DNA of 61,566 bases from Clostridia bacterium (GCA_041662985.1 JBAZRJ010000005.1:1-61566), one strand, 5' to 3'; positions 49,515-61,099 are shown, counted from the stretch's first letter. Numbers and translations: made by a program. Notes: a model not told the origin generated them from the sequence alone.

Positions 49515-49783
49515 ATTATATATTATTTTTTTGAAAATTTATATTATAAACTTTCGACTTTATTTTTGTGATCAGCATATACTTCGATAGGATTCAGCAA
49601 ATTAATATAAAACCATTGTCGTATATAGTCAAACTCCCTTATATTTGGTAAAAAACTTATTGATTTTCAACAATATTTTTAATTTATTTATCGGAATGCT
49701 TGTCAAAAACTTAAATCCGAGTCCAATATAACGTGTACTTTAATCTCTTTTCTTTGATGTTGTGCACCTGCTCATCCAAATCT

Positions 49784-50173
49784 TCACTCCGAGTCTTTAT
49801 GTCCGTGCTCCTCAAAACTTTTAATCTTAACCACCTTATTGTTTTCGTCAACAAAAACAACTTTTGGTTTTGAAGTCTTCGCTTCTTTTTCATCGAACAG
49901 CCCAAAGGCCATAATAATGATCGTATCACCCTCATACACCTGTCTTGCGGCTGCTCCGTTGATACAAATCATTCCGCTTCCGCGTTCACCCTTAATGACA
50001 TAGGTTTCAAATCTGCTTCCGTTGTTATTGTCAACAATCTGAACCTTTTCATTATCATGAATACCTGCTGCGTCCATCAAATCCTCGTCAATCGTCACGC
50101 TTCCCACATAATCAAGATTTGCTTCAGACACTGTCGCTCTGTGAATTTTCGATTTCATTAAAGTAATAAACAT
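49784..50173 (-). CDS. panD: aspartate 1-decarboxylase proenzyme
   Basis: [24 protein letters not shown], including the self-cleavage G-S site. Confidence 0.95.
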   Translation of the reverse strand: MFITLMKSKIHRATVSEANLDYVGSVTIDEDLMDAAGIHDNEKVQIVDNNNGSRFETYVIKGERGSGMICINGAAARQVYEGDTIIIMAFGLFDEKEAKTSKPKVVFVDENNKVVKIKSFEEHGHKDSE

Positions 50174-50175
50174 TT

Positions 50176-51021
50176 TTAAACCTCCGCAATAACATTATCA
50201 ATTAGTCTTGTTTTTCCGAATTTAACCGCAAGTGCAATCAGTACGTTTTTATTTATTGTTTCCACCTCGTCAAGTGTCTCGGCATCAACAATTTCTATAT
50301 ATTCAATCTCGGCATGTTTTGCCGTCCTTATTCTGTCTCTGATTCCCTTAATCACTTTTTCCTTTGATTTTTCGCCTTTTTCTATCAACTCTTTGGAATC
50401 AAATAAAGATTCTGATAAAACAACCGCTTCTGCTCTTTCTTCTTCGTTCAGAAAAATATTTCTTGAACTTTTGGCAAGTCCGTCTTTTTCCCTCACAATA
50501 GGGCATGATATCACATTTAGATTCATATTTAAATCCCGAACCATTTTTTTCAACACAATAAACTGCTGTGCATCCTTCTGTCCAAAATATGCATTGTCCG
50601 GCCGGACTACATTAAACAGCTTATTTACAACAGTCACAACTCCTTTAAAATGAGTCGGACGGCAAACGCCGCACATAATTCCGGTCATATCCTCAACATT
50701 CACATATGTTTTATATCCCTCCGGGTACATTTCTTCGACAGACGGCGCGAAAATGACATCAACTCCGTTTTCCCACGCTGCTAAGGCGTCCTTGTCCAAA
50801 TCTCTCGGATATTTCGCATAGTCTTCATTCACACCAAACTGCGTCGGATTCACAAATATACTCATCACCGTAAAATTATTTTGCTTTACAGATTCCCTCA
50901 CAAGCGAAATATGACCTTCGTGCAGAAATCCCATGGTCGGCACGAAACCAATAATCTTCCCTAGCTTTTTCTGTCCGGCGATAATGTTCTTCATTTCACA
51001 TATTTTTTCAACAATTTGCAT
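50176..51021 (-). CDS. panC: pantoate--beta-alanine ligase
   Basis: [20 protein letters not shown]-type motif. Confidence 0.95.
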   Translation of the reverse strand: MQIVEKICEMKNIIAGQKKLGKIIGFVPTMGFLHEGHISLVRESVKQNNFTVMSIFVNPTQFGVNEDYAKYPRDLDKDALAAWENGVDVIFAPSVEEMYPEGYKTYVNVEDMTGIMCGVCRPTHFKGVVTVVNKLFNVVRPDNAYFGQKDAQQFIVLKKMVRDLNMNLNVISCPIVREKDGLAKSSRNIFLNEEERAEAVVLSESLFDSKELIEKGEKSKEKVIKGIRDRIRTAKHAEIEYIEIVDAETLDEVETINKNVLIALAVKFGKTRLIDNVIAEV

Positions 51022-51033
51022 AACATTTCATCC

Positions 51034-51876
51034 TCAAATTTCTTTCTCAAGTCTTTCAATTACGCCGTCTTCAATACTAAATGAATTTTTCTCTGTTGGG
51101 AACACCTTATTTGCAACTTCATTTATATAATCTTTTACGGCTTTTTCAATATCATCTCCGATATTTGCATATCTTTTTGAATGCTTTGGTGAAAAATCTC
51201 TGAACAAGCCTGTCACATCGGGAGATACAAGCACCTGGCCGTCACAGTCCGGTCCCGATCCTATTCCTATTGTCGGTATGCTCAGCTTTTTCGAAATTAA
51301 GCCGGCAAGCTTATACGGCACACATTCAAGTGTTATCGAAAACACTCCTGCCTTCTCAAGTATCAATGCATCTTCGAATATTTTTTTTGCAGTTTCAAAA
51401 GATTTTCCCTGTGCTTTATGCCCGCCAAAAAGATTGACCGATTGAGGCGTATAGCCCAAATGGCCCATTACAGGTATCCCGGCTGCAATTATGGCTTGTA
51501 CGTCTTCCAAAACTTCTCGTCCGCCCTCCAGCTTAACCGCCTTGCAACCTCCTTCGCTTAATAGCCTTCCCGCATTTCTGACGGCGTCATATTTCCCCGT
51601 GTGATAGGATAAAAAAGGCATATCTCCAATAACCATAGCTCTCTTGGTTCCTCTGACAACAATCTTAATATGGTGGAGCATGTCCTCCATCGTAACTCTC
51701 AATGTATCCTCGTATCCCATAACAACCATTCCAAGAGAATCACCCACCAAAATTGAATCTATTCCTGATTCATCCATAATCTTTGCAGTTGGGTAATCGT
51801 AGGCTGTGAGAATTGATATCTTTCTGCCTGTAAGTTTAGAACTTTTAAAATCTGCAACTGTAAATTTATTTTCCAT
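51034..51876 (-). CDS. panB: 3-methyl-2-oxobutanoate hydroxymethyltransferase
   Basis: [11 protein letters not shown]...VGDSLGMV...KLEGG. Start at ATG 51876, after AGAGGAAG. Confidence 0.94.
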   Translation of the reverse strand: MENKFTVADFKSSKLTGRKISILTAYDYPTAKIMDESGIDSILVGDSLGMVVMGYEDTLRVTMEDMLHHIKIVVRGTKRAMVIGDMPFLSYHTGKYDAVRNAGRLLSEGGCKAVKLEGGREVLEDVQAIIAAGIPVMGHLGYTPQSVNLFGGHKAQGKSFETAKKIFEDALILEKAGVFSITLECVPYKLAGLISKKLSIPTIGIGSGPDCDGQVLVSPDVTGLFRDFSPKHSKRYANIGDDIEKAVKDYINEVANKVFPTEKNSFSIEDGVIERLEKEI

Positions 51877-51924
51877 TGAATCGCTTCCTCTCAAAGCATA
51901 TTTTAAAATATCTTCAAATTTTCT

Positions 51925-51957
51925 TAAAAAACAAAACCACCCCGAAACGGAGTGGTT
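51925..51957 (-). terminator. terminator after secF
   Basis: The minus strand reads AACCACTCCG-TTTC-GGGGTGGTT followed by TTGTTTTTT. Confidence 0.7.
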
Positions 51958-52084
51958 ATATTTTAATAATCAACTTTTTTACTCAATCCGTCTCCGGCCA
52001 AAAGGCTCAAAGCAGTTAAAAATATTCTTTTTTTAATCAATATGTACAGCTCATTTATGATGCTGTCAGCCTCATTTTTTAACT

Positions 52085-53077
52085 CTATCCTCTTGTTGCT
52101 TTTCTTGCTGCTAGTCTCTGCTTCTCCTGTGACTCTTTCCACAGAATCCACAACGGGCTTGCAATAAATATTGATGAATAACAACCGCTGGAAACACCTA
52201 TGATCAGCGGAAGTGTAAACTCCTGAATCGATCTGATACCGTAAATTCTTGCAAAAACATAAACCGTCGTTACACAAATCAAAACCGTTACAACAGTACT
52301 AATAGATCTGTTCAGGGTTTCTACTATACTTCTGTTTACAAGTTCGCCAATCGGCATTTTACGCAACTGGCTGCTGTTTTCTCTTATTCTGTCATAGATT
52401 ATAATGGTATCATTCATCGAATACCCTATAACCGTCAATATGGCGGCTATCAAGGCCTCATTTACGACAATGTTGAAGAATAGATAAACAGACAGCATTA
52501 ATAATATATCATGTATCAACGCCAATATTGCCATTACCCCTGCGGACAATCCCGACATAATCTTAAACCTATACCATATGTAAAGAATGATTAAAATTGA
52601 TGCAAAAAATATCGCAAGCAACCCATTATTGAGAAGTTCTTTTCCTATGAAAGGCTCATAGCTGTTCTGGCTGAATATCGCATTGCTGCTGTTTAATTCA
52701 AATGCTTTAATGATAGCATTTTCAACATTCTGTCTTTCAGTTTGTGAAAGAGCGTCTTGACTGGCTATCCCTAAACTCATTAATACAACTTTTAATTTTC
52801 CGTTTTTAGGATCCGGAATAATTTCCTTCTGAATTGTAACATTTTTCTTAGTTATATCAACTACTATCTTTTCAGCCTTTGCTGTATCAAGCTTATACTC
52901 ATTGGCTGTTTTTTCGTCTACGCCTTTATCAGTCATTTGCATTTCAATTATCGTTCCGCCCTTGAATTGTATGTCAAGGTTAAATCCTCCGCGGATGAAA
53001 AACGTTACAGCTCCTGCTAAAATAATTATTGCCGACAAGGCAAAGAAGTAATATTTCTTCCCCATTAAATCAATCAT
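52085..53077 (-). CDS. secF: protein translocase subunit SecF
   Basis: 330 aa, 6-TM SecD/F fold, ATGA overlap with secD. Confidence 0.93.
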   Translation of the reverse strand: MIDLMGKKYYFFALSAIIILAGAVTFFIRGGFNLDIQFKGGTIIEMQMTDKGVDEKTANEYKLDTAKAEKIVVDITKKNVTIQKEIIPDPKNGKLKVVLMSLGIASQDALSQTERQNVENAIIKAFELNSSNAIFSQNSYEPFIGKELLNNGLLAIFFASILIILYIWYRFKIMSGLSAGVMAILALIHDILLMLSVYLFFNIVVNEALIAAILTVIGYSMNDTIIIYDRIRENSSQLRKMPIGELVNRSIVETLNRSISTVVTVLICVTTVYVFARIYGIRSIQEFTLPLIIGVSSGCYSSIFIASPLWILWKESQEKQRLAARKATRG

Positions 53078-54405
53078 GCCTTCGCCTCCTTTGTGTCATT
53101 TTCTTTATCCTTTGGTGTGCTTATCCCGTACAGCCAATGATGCTTGGCTATGTTTACATTAACAACTGATTTCAGCATTATCCTCGAAACCACAACTGCT
53201 GTCAGGAAGCTTAGTGCAACACCAAGACCAAGTGTAAGGGCAAAGGATTTTATTGGACCTGTGCCAAACCCATATAATACGACTGCTGAAATAAGTGTTG
53301 TCATATTCGCATCAAGAACTGCCGTAAATGCTTTTTTGAAACCCACATCTACTGCTGCTCTGAGAGTCTTGCCATTTCTTAATTCCTCTTTTATTCTGGC
53401 AAAAATTATGATGTTTGCGTCAACACCCATACCTATCGTAAGAATTATACCCGCAATACCCGGAAGGGTCACCGTAATTCCCGTCATTGAAATAAACAGC
53501 AACTGAAGTACTGTATGTGCTAATAAGGCTATGTTTGCAAGCATACCCGGAAGTCTGTACATTATAAGCATGAAGATCCACACAAGAACAAGCGCGAACA
53601 ATGCTGCCGTTACACTTACATTCAAAGAGCTTTCTCCCAATGTAGGGCTTATTGTGCTTATTTGTTTTGTTTCCAGTTTAAAAGGCAATGAACCGGATTT
53701 AATTGTAGCCGCAAGATCACCTGCTGTTGCTGCTGTATAATTCCCGGTTATGGAAGCAACACCATCAGTTATGTGAGCCTCAACCGTCGGAGCAGCTTCC
53801 ATATGATCGTCCATGAATATAGCGATAGGTTTATTCATAAGCCTTGATGTAGCATCAGCAAACGCTTTTGTTCCTGACGGTTTCAAAGTCAATGCCACAC
53901 CAATCTTGCCCGAATCAGGTTCCGTCTGAACCTTTGCATCCTGGACATCTTTACCGTAAAGAATTATTTTCCCTGTAGGAAGATAATCACCGTTTGCATC
54001 TTTCTTATTTTCATCGACTTCCTGAAAAGTTAAAAGTGCAGTTTTTACTGCATTAGTAAGTGTTTTCACAGGGTCTTTGGTTTTATCTCCATATGGTATT
54101 TGCACTACTAAATATCCATTGGTTGTATTTACTGCCACGACTCTGTCATATATTTGCTGGTAATCGAGTCTTTTTTCGATAATTATTTTTGCATTTTCAA
54201 GATCTGCCCTTGAAGCGGTTACTCCGGTTTTTGTCACCGCATATAGACGCGCATCGACACCACCCTTAATATCAATACCTAATTTAATGTTGTTAACACT
54301 TCCGTATATCTTGTCCCCGCCAAAAGTTCCGGAAAGACATATCCAAGTTAATACTGCAATTGATATAATAACCAGGACGAATTTAAGCCCATTGTTACCC
54401 TTCAT
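53074..54405 (-). CDS. secD: protein translocase subunit SecD
   Basis: 443 aa; LGIDIKGG periplasmic-type domain followed by a 5-TM C-terminus. Confidence 0.93.
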   Translation of the reverse strand: MKGNNGLKFVLVIISIAVLTWICLSGTFGGDKIYGSVNNIKLGIDIKGGVDARLYAVTKTGVTASRADLENAKIIIEKRLDYQQIYDRVVAVNTTNGYLVVQIPYGDKTKDPVKTLTNAVKTALLTFQEVDENKKDANGDYLPTGKIILYGKDVQDAKVQTEPDSGKIGVALTLKPSGTKAFADATSRLMNKPIAIFMDDHMEAAPTVEAHITDGVASITGNYTAATAGDLAATIKSGSLPFKLETKQISTISPTLGESSLNVSVTAALFALVLVWIFMLIMYRLPGMLANIALLAHTVLQLLFISMTGITVTLPGIAGIILTIGMGVDANIIIFARIKEELRNGKTLRAAVDVGFKKAFTAVLDANMTTLISAVVLYGFGTGPIKSFALTLGLGVALSFLTAVVVSRIMLKSVVNVNIAKHHWLYGISTPKDKENDTKEAKA

Positions 54406-54482
54406 CTGAAAAAATCCCCCTTCTTTTATCTGTCTTACGATATTATATAACTATAGAATTTGTGCGTCAATACATAGAAATA

Positions 54483-54986
54483 CTACAAATTATAGTTTTT
54501 TACCAATTCCAGGTACTCCGATATTCCCATTTTTATATTTTTTATATCGTCTTCCGTTAATTCTCTTTTAATTTTTGCAGGTGCTCCCATGACAAGAACT
54601 CCGTCCCCAATCACGCTATACGGCGGTATTACAGAGCCGGCAGCGACAATCGAGTTCCTGCCTATCTGAGCTCCGTCCAATATAATTGCCCCCATTCCAA
54701 TTAAAGTTCCGTCGCCGATTGAACAGCTGTGAAGAATCGCTCCATGACCGACAGTTACATTTTTCCCGACAACTGTCGAAATATCCGGAACACAGTGAAG
54801 TATGCAGCCATCTTGTATGTTGGAGTTTTCTCCAACAATTATGGCACCCATATCGCCTCTCAAAACCGCGTTAAACCAAATACTCACATTTTTTTCGAGT
54901 TTCACATCCCCGATAATTTGGGCTCCATCGGCTACAAAACAACTATTGTCAATTTGCGGTTTAACCTTGTTGTAATCAGCAATCAT
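54483..54986 (-). CDS. gamma-carbonic-anhydrase-family left-handed beta-helix protein (YrdA/PaaY-like)
   Basis: 167 aa of hexapeptide repeats with His residues at the gamma-CA positions (ILHC...GHGAILH). It starts 3 nt after the scfB stop. Confidence 0.85.
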   Translation of the reverse strand: MIADYNKVKPQIDNSCFVADGAQIIGDVKLEKNVSIWFNAVLRGDMGAIIVGENSNIQDGCILHCVPDISTVVGKNVTVGHGAILHSCSIGDGTLIGMGAIILDGAQIGRNSIVAAGSVIPPYSVIGDGVLVMGAPAKIKRELTEDDIKNIKMGISEYLELVKNYNL

Positions 54987-54989
54987 TTT

Positions 54990-56375
54990 CTAATCCTCCT
55001 TATACTCCTGAGTTTTAATCCAGAGAGCACATTCTGCTCGTTTCTTTTCTATTTCACAACCAATTTTATACGGTTTCATTAAATCTTTGTTGAATTGATA
55101 AGCATTTGCGGAACAACCTCCGCTGCAATAGAATTTTGCCCAGCATTTGCTGCATTCTTCCTTAGTGTAAACATTCGGCTTTATAAATAAGTCCTGTATC
55201 TCTTTATTAAGATAGTTTTCACCCTTTTTACCATTTTTCTGCAAAATTTCATTTACATTTCCCATTTTAAAATCTTCATCGCCGACAAATTGGTGACACG
55301 GATAAATATCGCCTTCAGGCGTAATTGACAGATATTCGCTTCCCGAACCGCATCCTCTTATGCGTTTTGCTGCGCATGGTCCCTGCTCCAAATCAATCAT
55401 GAAATGGAAAAAATTAAACCATTTTTTTCCCTTTCGCCTCTTAACATATTCTACCGCCAGTTTTTCATATTCATCATAAAGCTTCTGCAGGTCTTCTTCT
55501 CTAATGTCATAGCCTGTTCCCTTCGCGCAAACAACAGGTTCGACGGAGATTTGCCTGAATCCCAGGTTCGCAAGGTGTAGCACATCGTCGGAAAAGTCCA
55601 GGTTTTCTCGCGTAAAAGTTCCTCTGACGTAATATTTATCTTGCTTCCGTATTTCCGCCATTCTTTTTATTTTAGGAAGAATGTTTTTATATGTGCCGGT
55701 TCCGTCAATGTGAACTCTCATTTTGTCGTTTACCGATTCTCTTCCGTCAATGCTGAGAACAACATTTACCATGTTTTCATTTATATATTTCATGTTCTCT
55801 TCATTTAGAAGCACAGCGTTCGTCGTTATTGTAAATCTGAAATTTTTATTGTTTGCTTTTTCATTTTTTCGGGCATACTCGATAATTTCCTTTACTGTTT
55901 CAAAGTTAAGAAGCGGTTCTCCCCCGAAGAAATCAACTTCAAGATTCTTTCTATCCCCTGATAATTTAATCAGTAAATCAATTGATTTTTTGCCGATTTC
56001 AGGACTCATTAAAAGCCTTTCTCCGCCGAATCCGCCCTTTGAAGCAAAACAGTAGCTGCACCTTAGATTGCAGTCATGTGCAATATTGAGGCAAAGCGCT
56101 TTAACATTCATCTTTGGTTCCCAGTCCTTTAAATACGGAAGGAAATCATCGTCCGAAAACAACAACCCGGTCTTTTCAAGTTCAGCAATTTCCGAAATTG
56201 CTTCTTCAATTTGTTCTTTATCGTATTTTTTAGAAAGTCTGTCATAAAGTTCTTCTTCAGACGCTCTTTTATAATACTTTACAACATCATATGATATATC
56301 ATCAAACTCATGTACAGCGCCGCTGTTTACGTCCAAAACAATGTTCGTTCCATTCAGTTTAAAACTGTGTATCAT
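54990..56375 (-). CDS. scfB: SCIFF radical SAM/SPASM peptide maturase
   Basis: 461 aa; CNLRCSYC radical SAM triad and a C-terminal SPASM Cys set (CAAKRIRGCGSG...YPCHQ...CSKCWAKFYCSGGC). About 110 nt downstream of the SCIFF precursor. Confidence 0.9.
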   Translation of the reverse strand: MIHSFKLNGTNIVLDVNSGAVHEFDDISYDVVKYYKRASEEELYDRLSKKYDKEQIEEAISEIAELEKTGLLFSDDDFLPYLKDWEPKMNVKALCLNIAHDCNLRCSYCFASKGGFGGERLLMSPEIGKKSIDLLIKLSGDRKNLEVDFFGGEPLLNFETVKEIIEYARKNEKANNKNFRFTITTNAVLLNEENMKYINENMVNVVLSIDGRESVNDKMRVHIDGTGTYKNILPKIKRMAEIRKQDKYYVRGTFTRENLDFSDDVLHLANLGFRQISVEPVVCAKGTGYDIREEDLQKLYDEYEKLAVEYVKRRKGKKWFNFFHFMIDLEQGPCAAKRIRGCGSGSEYLSITPEGDIYPCHQFVGDEDFKMGNVNEILQKNGKKGENYLNKEIQDLFIKPNVYTKEECSKCWAKFYCSGGCSANAYQFNKDLMKPYKIGCEIEKKRAECALWIKTQEYKED

Positions 56376-56403
56376 TAAATTTTCCCCTTATTTTCATTTG
56401 GAA

Positions 56404-56448
56404 TAAAAAAAGTGAAAAGTGAAATATTGCTCCACCCTTCACTTAAAT
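56404..56448 (-). terminator. weak hairpin plus T7 run between the SCIFF precursor and the maturase (possible partial terminator)
   Basis: The minus strand reads AAGTGAA...TTCACTT(TTCACT)TTTTTTT. The stem is AT-rich and the 3' arm is duplicated. Confidence 0.3.
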
Positions 56449-56487
56449 CTTATTTGACCTTGATATTACTGACTCAAATCCAAATCC

Positions 56488-56628
56488 CTATCTTTTTTCA
56501 CAGTTTTGGTTTGCAACAGTGCAAGAAGTTTTGCATGCTGATTGGCACGATGTCTGGCATTCGCCGCAACCCGCTTTTTTTAAATTGTCCTTCAAACTTT
56601 TTTTTGTGATGGTTTTAATATGTTTCAT
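56488..56628 (-). CDS. scfA: six-cysteine RiPP precursor SCIFF (ranthipeptide class), 46 aa
   Basis: Missed by the ORF track because it is under 60 aa. GGAGGATTTTTAG-ATG, translation MKHIKTITKKSLKDNLKKAGCGECQTSCQSACKTSCTVANQNCEKR. The GCGECQTSCQSACKTSCTV core is the SCIFF signature. Confidence 0.92.
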   Translation of the reverse strand: MKHIKTITKKSLKDNLKKAGCGECQTSCQSACKTSCTVANQNCEKR

Positions 56629-56678
56629 CTAAAAATCCTCCCGGATTTATTTTATATTACTTAAGTTATACATCTTGC

Positions 56679-57041
56679 TTACTTCTTAACTTCCTTTATT
56701 TCGTTTATTTCATTTTCATTCTGAATGTCCATAATCGCCCATCTTTTAACCATTATCTTTGTTCCGTCGATACCTGATTCGATAGTTAAATCATCTTCCT
56801 TGATATTTACGACTTTGCCTACGATTCCGCCCTTTGTTGTAACAACTGTTCCGTCTTTAATAGTGTTTAACATTTCATCTCTTTTTTTAACGTTCTTTTT
56901 TTGTGAGCGTGTCATAAGAATAAAGTAAACAACTATACCAATAATTGCCACATAAAAAATCAAACTCGATCCGGCTCCCGGATCCTGTGAAGCTGCTTGT
57001 GTTGCCGGTGGCGTAGTTGCCAATAATGCTGATAATAACAT
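56679..57041 (-). CDS. yajC: preprotein translocase subunit YajC
   Basis: One TM helix followed by KGGIVGKVVNIKEDDLTIE, a typical YajC C-terminus. Downstream of tgt. Confidence 0.88.
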   Translation of the reverse strand: MLLSALLATTPPATQAASQDPGAGSSLIFYVAIIGIVVYFILMTRSQKKNVKKRDEMLNTIKDGTVVTTKGGIVGKVVNIKEDDLTIESGIDGTKIMVKRWAIMDIQNENEINEIKEVKK

Positions 57042-57095
57042 AATAGTCCTCCCAAATATCTTTCAACTTATTTTATTAACGTTTATTTTAACGCT

Positions 57096-58322
<1,227 letters not shown>

Positions 58323-58354
58323 TTATAATTTGTAATTAACTATATTTGTCTATT

Positions 58355-59428
58355 TCATTCAATAAACATCGAATCCCCGAAACTAAAAAATCTGTACCTC
58401 TCATCAATTGCCTTTTTATAGGCATTCAGAACATTTTCTCTGCCTGCGAATGCGCTTACGAGCATTATTAAAGTCGATTCGGGCAAATGAAAATTTGTAA
58501 TCAACGCATCAATCGCTTTGAACTTATATCCCGGATAAATAAAAATATCCGTATTCCCCTCAAACGGTTTAACAGTGCCGTTTTCGTCAGCCACAGATTC
58601 AAGAACCCTGCAGCTCGTCGTACCCACGGCTATTATTCTTCCCGAATTCTTTCTCGTTGAATTTATCAAATCACAGGTTTCCTTCGAAATCGTAAAATAC
58701 TCGGAATGCATTTTATGCCCGGCCACATCGTCAACCTTCACAGGTCTGAATGTACCAAGTCCCACATGCAATGTCAAATATGCGATATTGACACCTTTGT
58801 TTTTTATCTGCCGCAATAACTCGTTTGTGAAATGCAAACCCGCCGTAGGAGCTGCTGCGGACCCTTTATATTTTGAGTAAACGGTTTGATAGCGTTCCTT
58901 GTCGTTTAGTTTTTTCGTAATATACGGCGGAAGCGGCATGGTTCCGATTCGATCCAGGATTTCTTCAAATATTCCTTCGTATTTAAATTGAACCAATCTG
59001 ATTCCATCGTCCAAAATCTCCAATATTTCGGCTTTCAGCACTTCATTCCCTGAATTTGGAGAACCGTCCTCTAAATCTAAGTTTGGAGAATCGTCCCCGA
59101 AAACAAAAATCGAACCCGGTTTTGCTCTTCTCCCGGGCTTCAAAATAACTTCCCATTTGTCAGCATCGCGCTTTTTCAAAAGCACAAATTCAATTTTCCC
59201 GCCCGTGTCCCCACGTTTGCCGATCAGTCTTGCAGGAATAACCCTTGTATCGTTTAAAACAAGGCAATCTTCCCTCTTCAAACAACTTAATAAATCTAAA
59301 AAATGCTTATGTTCAACATTTCCCGAATCTCTTTTCAACACAAGCATACGAGACATCTGCCTGTTTGGAATCGGCTCCTGTGCGATTAATTCCTTTGGTA
59401 AATCATAATAAAAATCACTTACTTTCAT
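58355..59428 (-). CDS. queA: S-adenosylmethionine:tRNA ribosyltransferase-isomerase
   Basis: [19 protein letters not shown] ... [11 protein letters not shown]. Confidence 0.95.
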   Translation of the reverse strand: MKVSDFYYDLPKELIAQEPIPNRQMSRMLVLKRDSGNVEHKHFLDLLSCLKREDCLVLNDTRVIPARLIGKRGDTGGKIEFVLLKKRDADKWEVILKPGRRAKPGSIFVFGDDSPNLDLEDGSPNSGNEVLKAEILEILDDGIRLVQFKYEGIFEEILDRIGTMPLPPYITKKLNDKERYQTVYSKYKGSAAAPTAGLHFTNELLRQIKNKGVNIAYLTLHVGLGTFRPVKVDDVAGHKMHSEYFTISKETCDLINSTRKNSGRIIAVGTTSCRVLESVADENGTVKPFEGNTDIFIYPGYKFKAIDALITNFHLPESTLIMLVSAFAGRENVLNAYKKAIDERYRFFSFGDSMFIE

Positions 59429-59446
59429 CTATCTGCACCTTTTTGA

Positions 59447-61099
59447 TTATTGAATTTCGGTACCCGGAAAATAATGTTTTAGAATCTGAGTACACGTATA
59501 CCCGTGCCTTGCAAATCCCATAGCACCTTCCTGGCTCATTCCGACTCCGTGTCCCCAGCCTCTTCCGGTAAAAATATATGCGCCCGGTGTCAGAGAAACA
59601 CTTTTCTTCGTGTTGGCACCGTTAATTAATGTAACAACATTGTTTACACCTGTCAATATCTGAGTTCCTTTTGAGGTCACAACTGTCATACCTTTGAAAT
59701 CCCTGTTTTCAACTTTTCCGCCATTGGCCCTGAAATAAGTTTTATCCGGCGATGAAATAGTATACCACTGGCTTTTTAAACCAAAGAATGTTCTGCATCT
59801 TTCAATCGTAAAGGTTTTACTGCCTTTAGTCCCTTTTACGACGACTTCTGTCACTCTGCCTGAAGGAGCTTTTTTTGTTGCGGTTACGGCAGTCACATCG
59901 CCTATATTATATCCCCAGTCGCTTAGTCTCCCCTTTATATAAGCAGGCGTTCTTTCCTGAACCCATTCGGTACCGGGAGCTTCGTAAGGATCGTCTACAC
60001 TTATCAAATAAGGACATGAATTGCCCCATACATTCCTCACATCTTCGGTTTTCCCACCGCTCGAATTGTAATAATTTATTTCCGCAGCGCTGCCCTTGTA
60101 CGTTATAATTTTCCCGATTGTTTCGTCAACAGCCCTATTTGTTGACGCTTCTTCATTGTCATATCCCAAATACATCTGGCAGTCAACTGTCGAACAAAGA
60201 TCAAAACCCAGTGAGCTATGCTTTTTCAGGCAATTATATGTATATGTTCCTGCACATATCGCCTGAGCTTTCAACGCCTCAAGCTTTGAATTTGAAAGCA
60301 TTTCAGACGGGACAACTCCATACAGATATAATTGAGGCTTAATTACATTGACCAATGTCATATCGCTGTTTGTAAGCCTTTTTACCTCGAGATTTCCTCT
60401 GAAATGCTGATTGTTCAATTTGAACATCAACGGTGAATTCGCAGTGTTTGGATGAATTTGAAAAGCGCCTGAAGATTTGTCATACATAAATAGTGTATTA
60501 CCGCTTAACGCAATTACAATCCTGGTCGGGTCCGAATTTACAATCGTACATAATAAAGACGGCACCTTTGGAGCAATAACAGAATTCATGTTATATAGAG
60601 TATCATTTTGATTAAGATAATTGCCCGTCCATACCCGCCATCCATCGTTATATACTGGATATGCGGCGATTCCTTTCTCCTTCAAAACAGGAACCTGCGC
60701 TCTGGCGTTTGTATAGCTTGTATATTTATCCCCTATCTGTACATGATACGGCCCCATCTTTGTCCCCGAAGGAATTTTACCTGATGGACTGTATTCAGTA
60801 AATGTCGAATCATTCAAAACAAAAAAACCGTCTTTTCTTATTGTAACCTTATTGCTGTATTTGTATTTGTATAAAACTCCGAATTTGGAGCTGGCATAAT
60901 AACCTAAATCAAGCCCTTTGGGAGCGCTGATATCAAAGCACGATGTCTGGGAATGCCCTTCAGGCGGCGCGCCTTTGTAATAAAGACCGATTCTTACCGT
61001 GCTCGGTAATGTAACTGCTGCGTGAGTAATAGTTGCTGTCAGAAAAACAACAAATAATGAAAAGAAAAAAGAAGATATAAGCTTAAAATTAATTTTCAT
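59447..61099 (-). CDS. SpoIID/LytB-domain protein with signal peptide and long N-terminal extension
   Basis: 550 aa. The signal-like N-terminus is MKINFKLISSFFFSLFVVFLTATITHA. The C-terminal part carries the SpoIID signatures (LKAQAICAGTY..., GRGWGHGVGMSQEGAMGFA). Confidence 0.85.
   Translation of the reverse strand: MKINFKLISSFFFSLFVVFLTATITHAAVTLPSTVRIGLYYKGAPPEGHSQTSCFDISAPKGLDLGYYASSKFGVLYKYKYSNKVTIRKDGFFVLNDSTFTEYSPSGKIPSGTKMGPYHVQIGDKYTSYTNARAQVPVLKEKGIAAYPVYNDGWRVWTGNYLNQNDTLYNMNSVIAPKVPSLLCTIVNSDPTRIVIALSGNTLFMYDKSSGAFQIHPNTANSPLMFKLNNQHFRGNLEVKRLTNSDMTLVNVIKPQLYLYGVVPSEMLSNSKLEALKAQAICAGTYTYNCLKKHSSLGFDLCSTVDCQMYLGYDNEEASTNRAVDETIGKIITYKGSAAEINYYNSSGGKTEDVRNVWGNSCPYLISVDDPYEAPGTEWVQERTPAYIKGRLSDWGYNIGDVTAVTATKKAPSGRVTEVVVKGTKGSKTFTIERCRTFFGLKSQWYTISSPDKTYFRANGGKVENRDFKGMTVVTSKGTQILTGVNNVVTLINGANTKKSVSLTPGAYIFTGRGWGHGVGMSQEGAMGFARHGYTCTQILKHYFPGTEIQ

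Noticed and set aside
49711-49935. A 74-aa basic ORF overlapping the 3' end of panD.
   Set aside because: It is out of frame with the clearly genuine panD and has no independent start signals.
51963-52277. A 104-aa minus-strand ORF extending past secF, whose non-overlapping tail could encode a ~25-aa peptide ([25 protein letters not shown] from a TTG).
   Set aside because: Most of it overlaps secF out of frame. The tail has only a TTG start with no SD, and it ends just before the secF terminator, so the evidence is insufficient.
54990-56628. Treating the radical SAM plus Cys-rich peptide pair as a previously undescribed RiPP system.
   Set aside because: The peptide core and the enzyme architecture correspond to the already described SCIFF/ranthipeptide family. 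It is reported as noteworthy, but not as novel.
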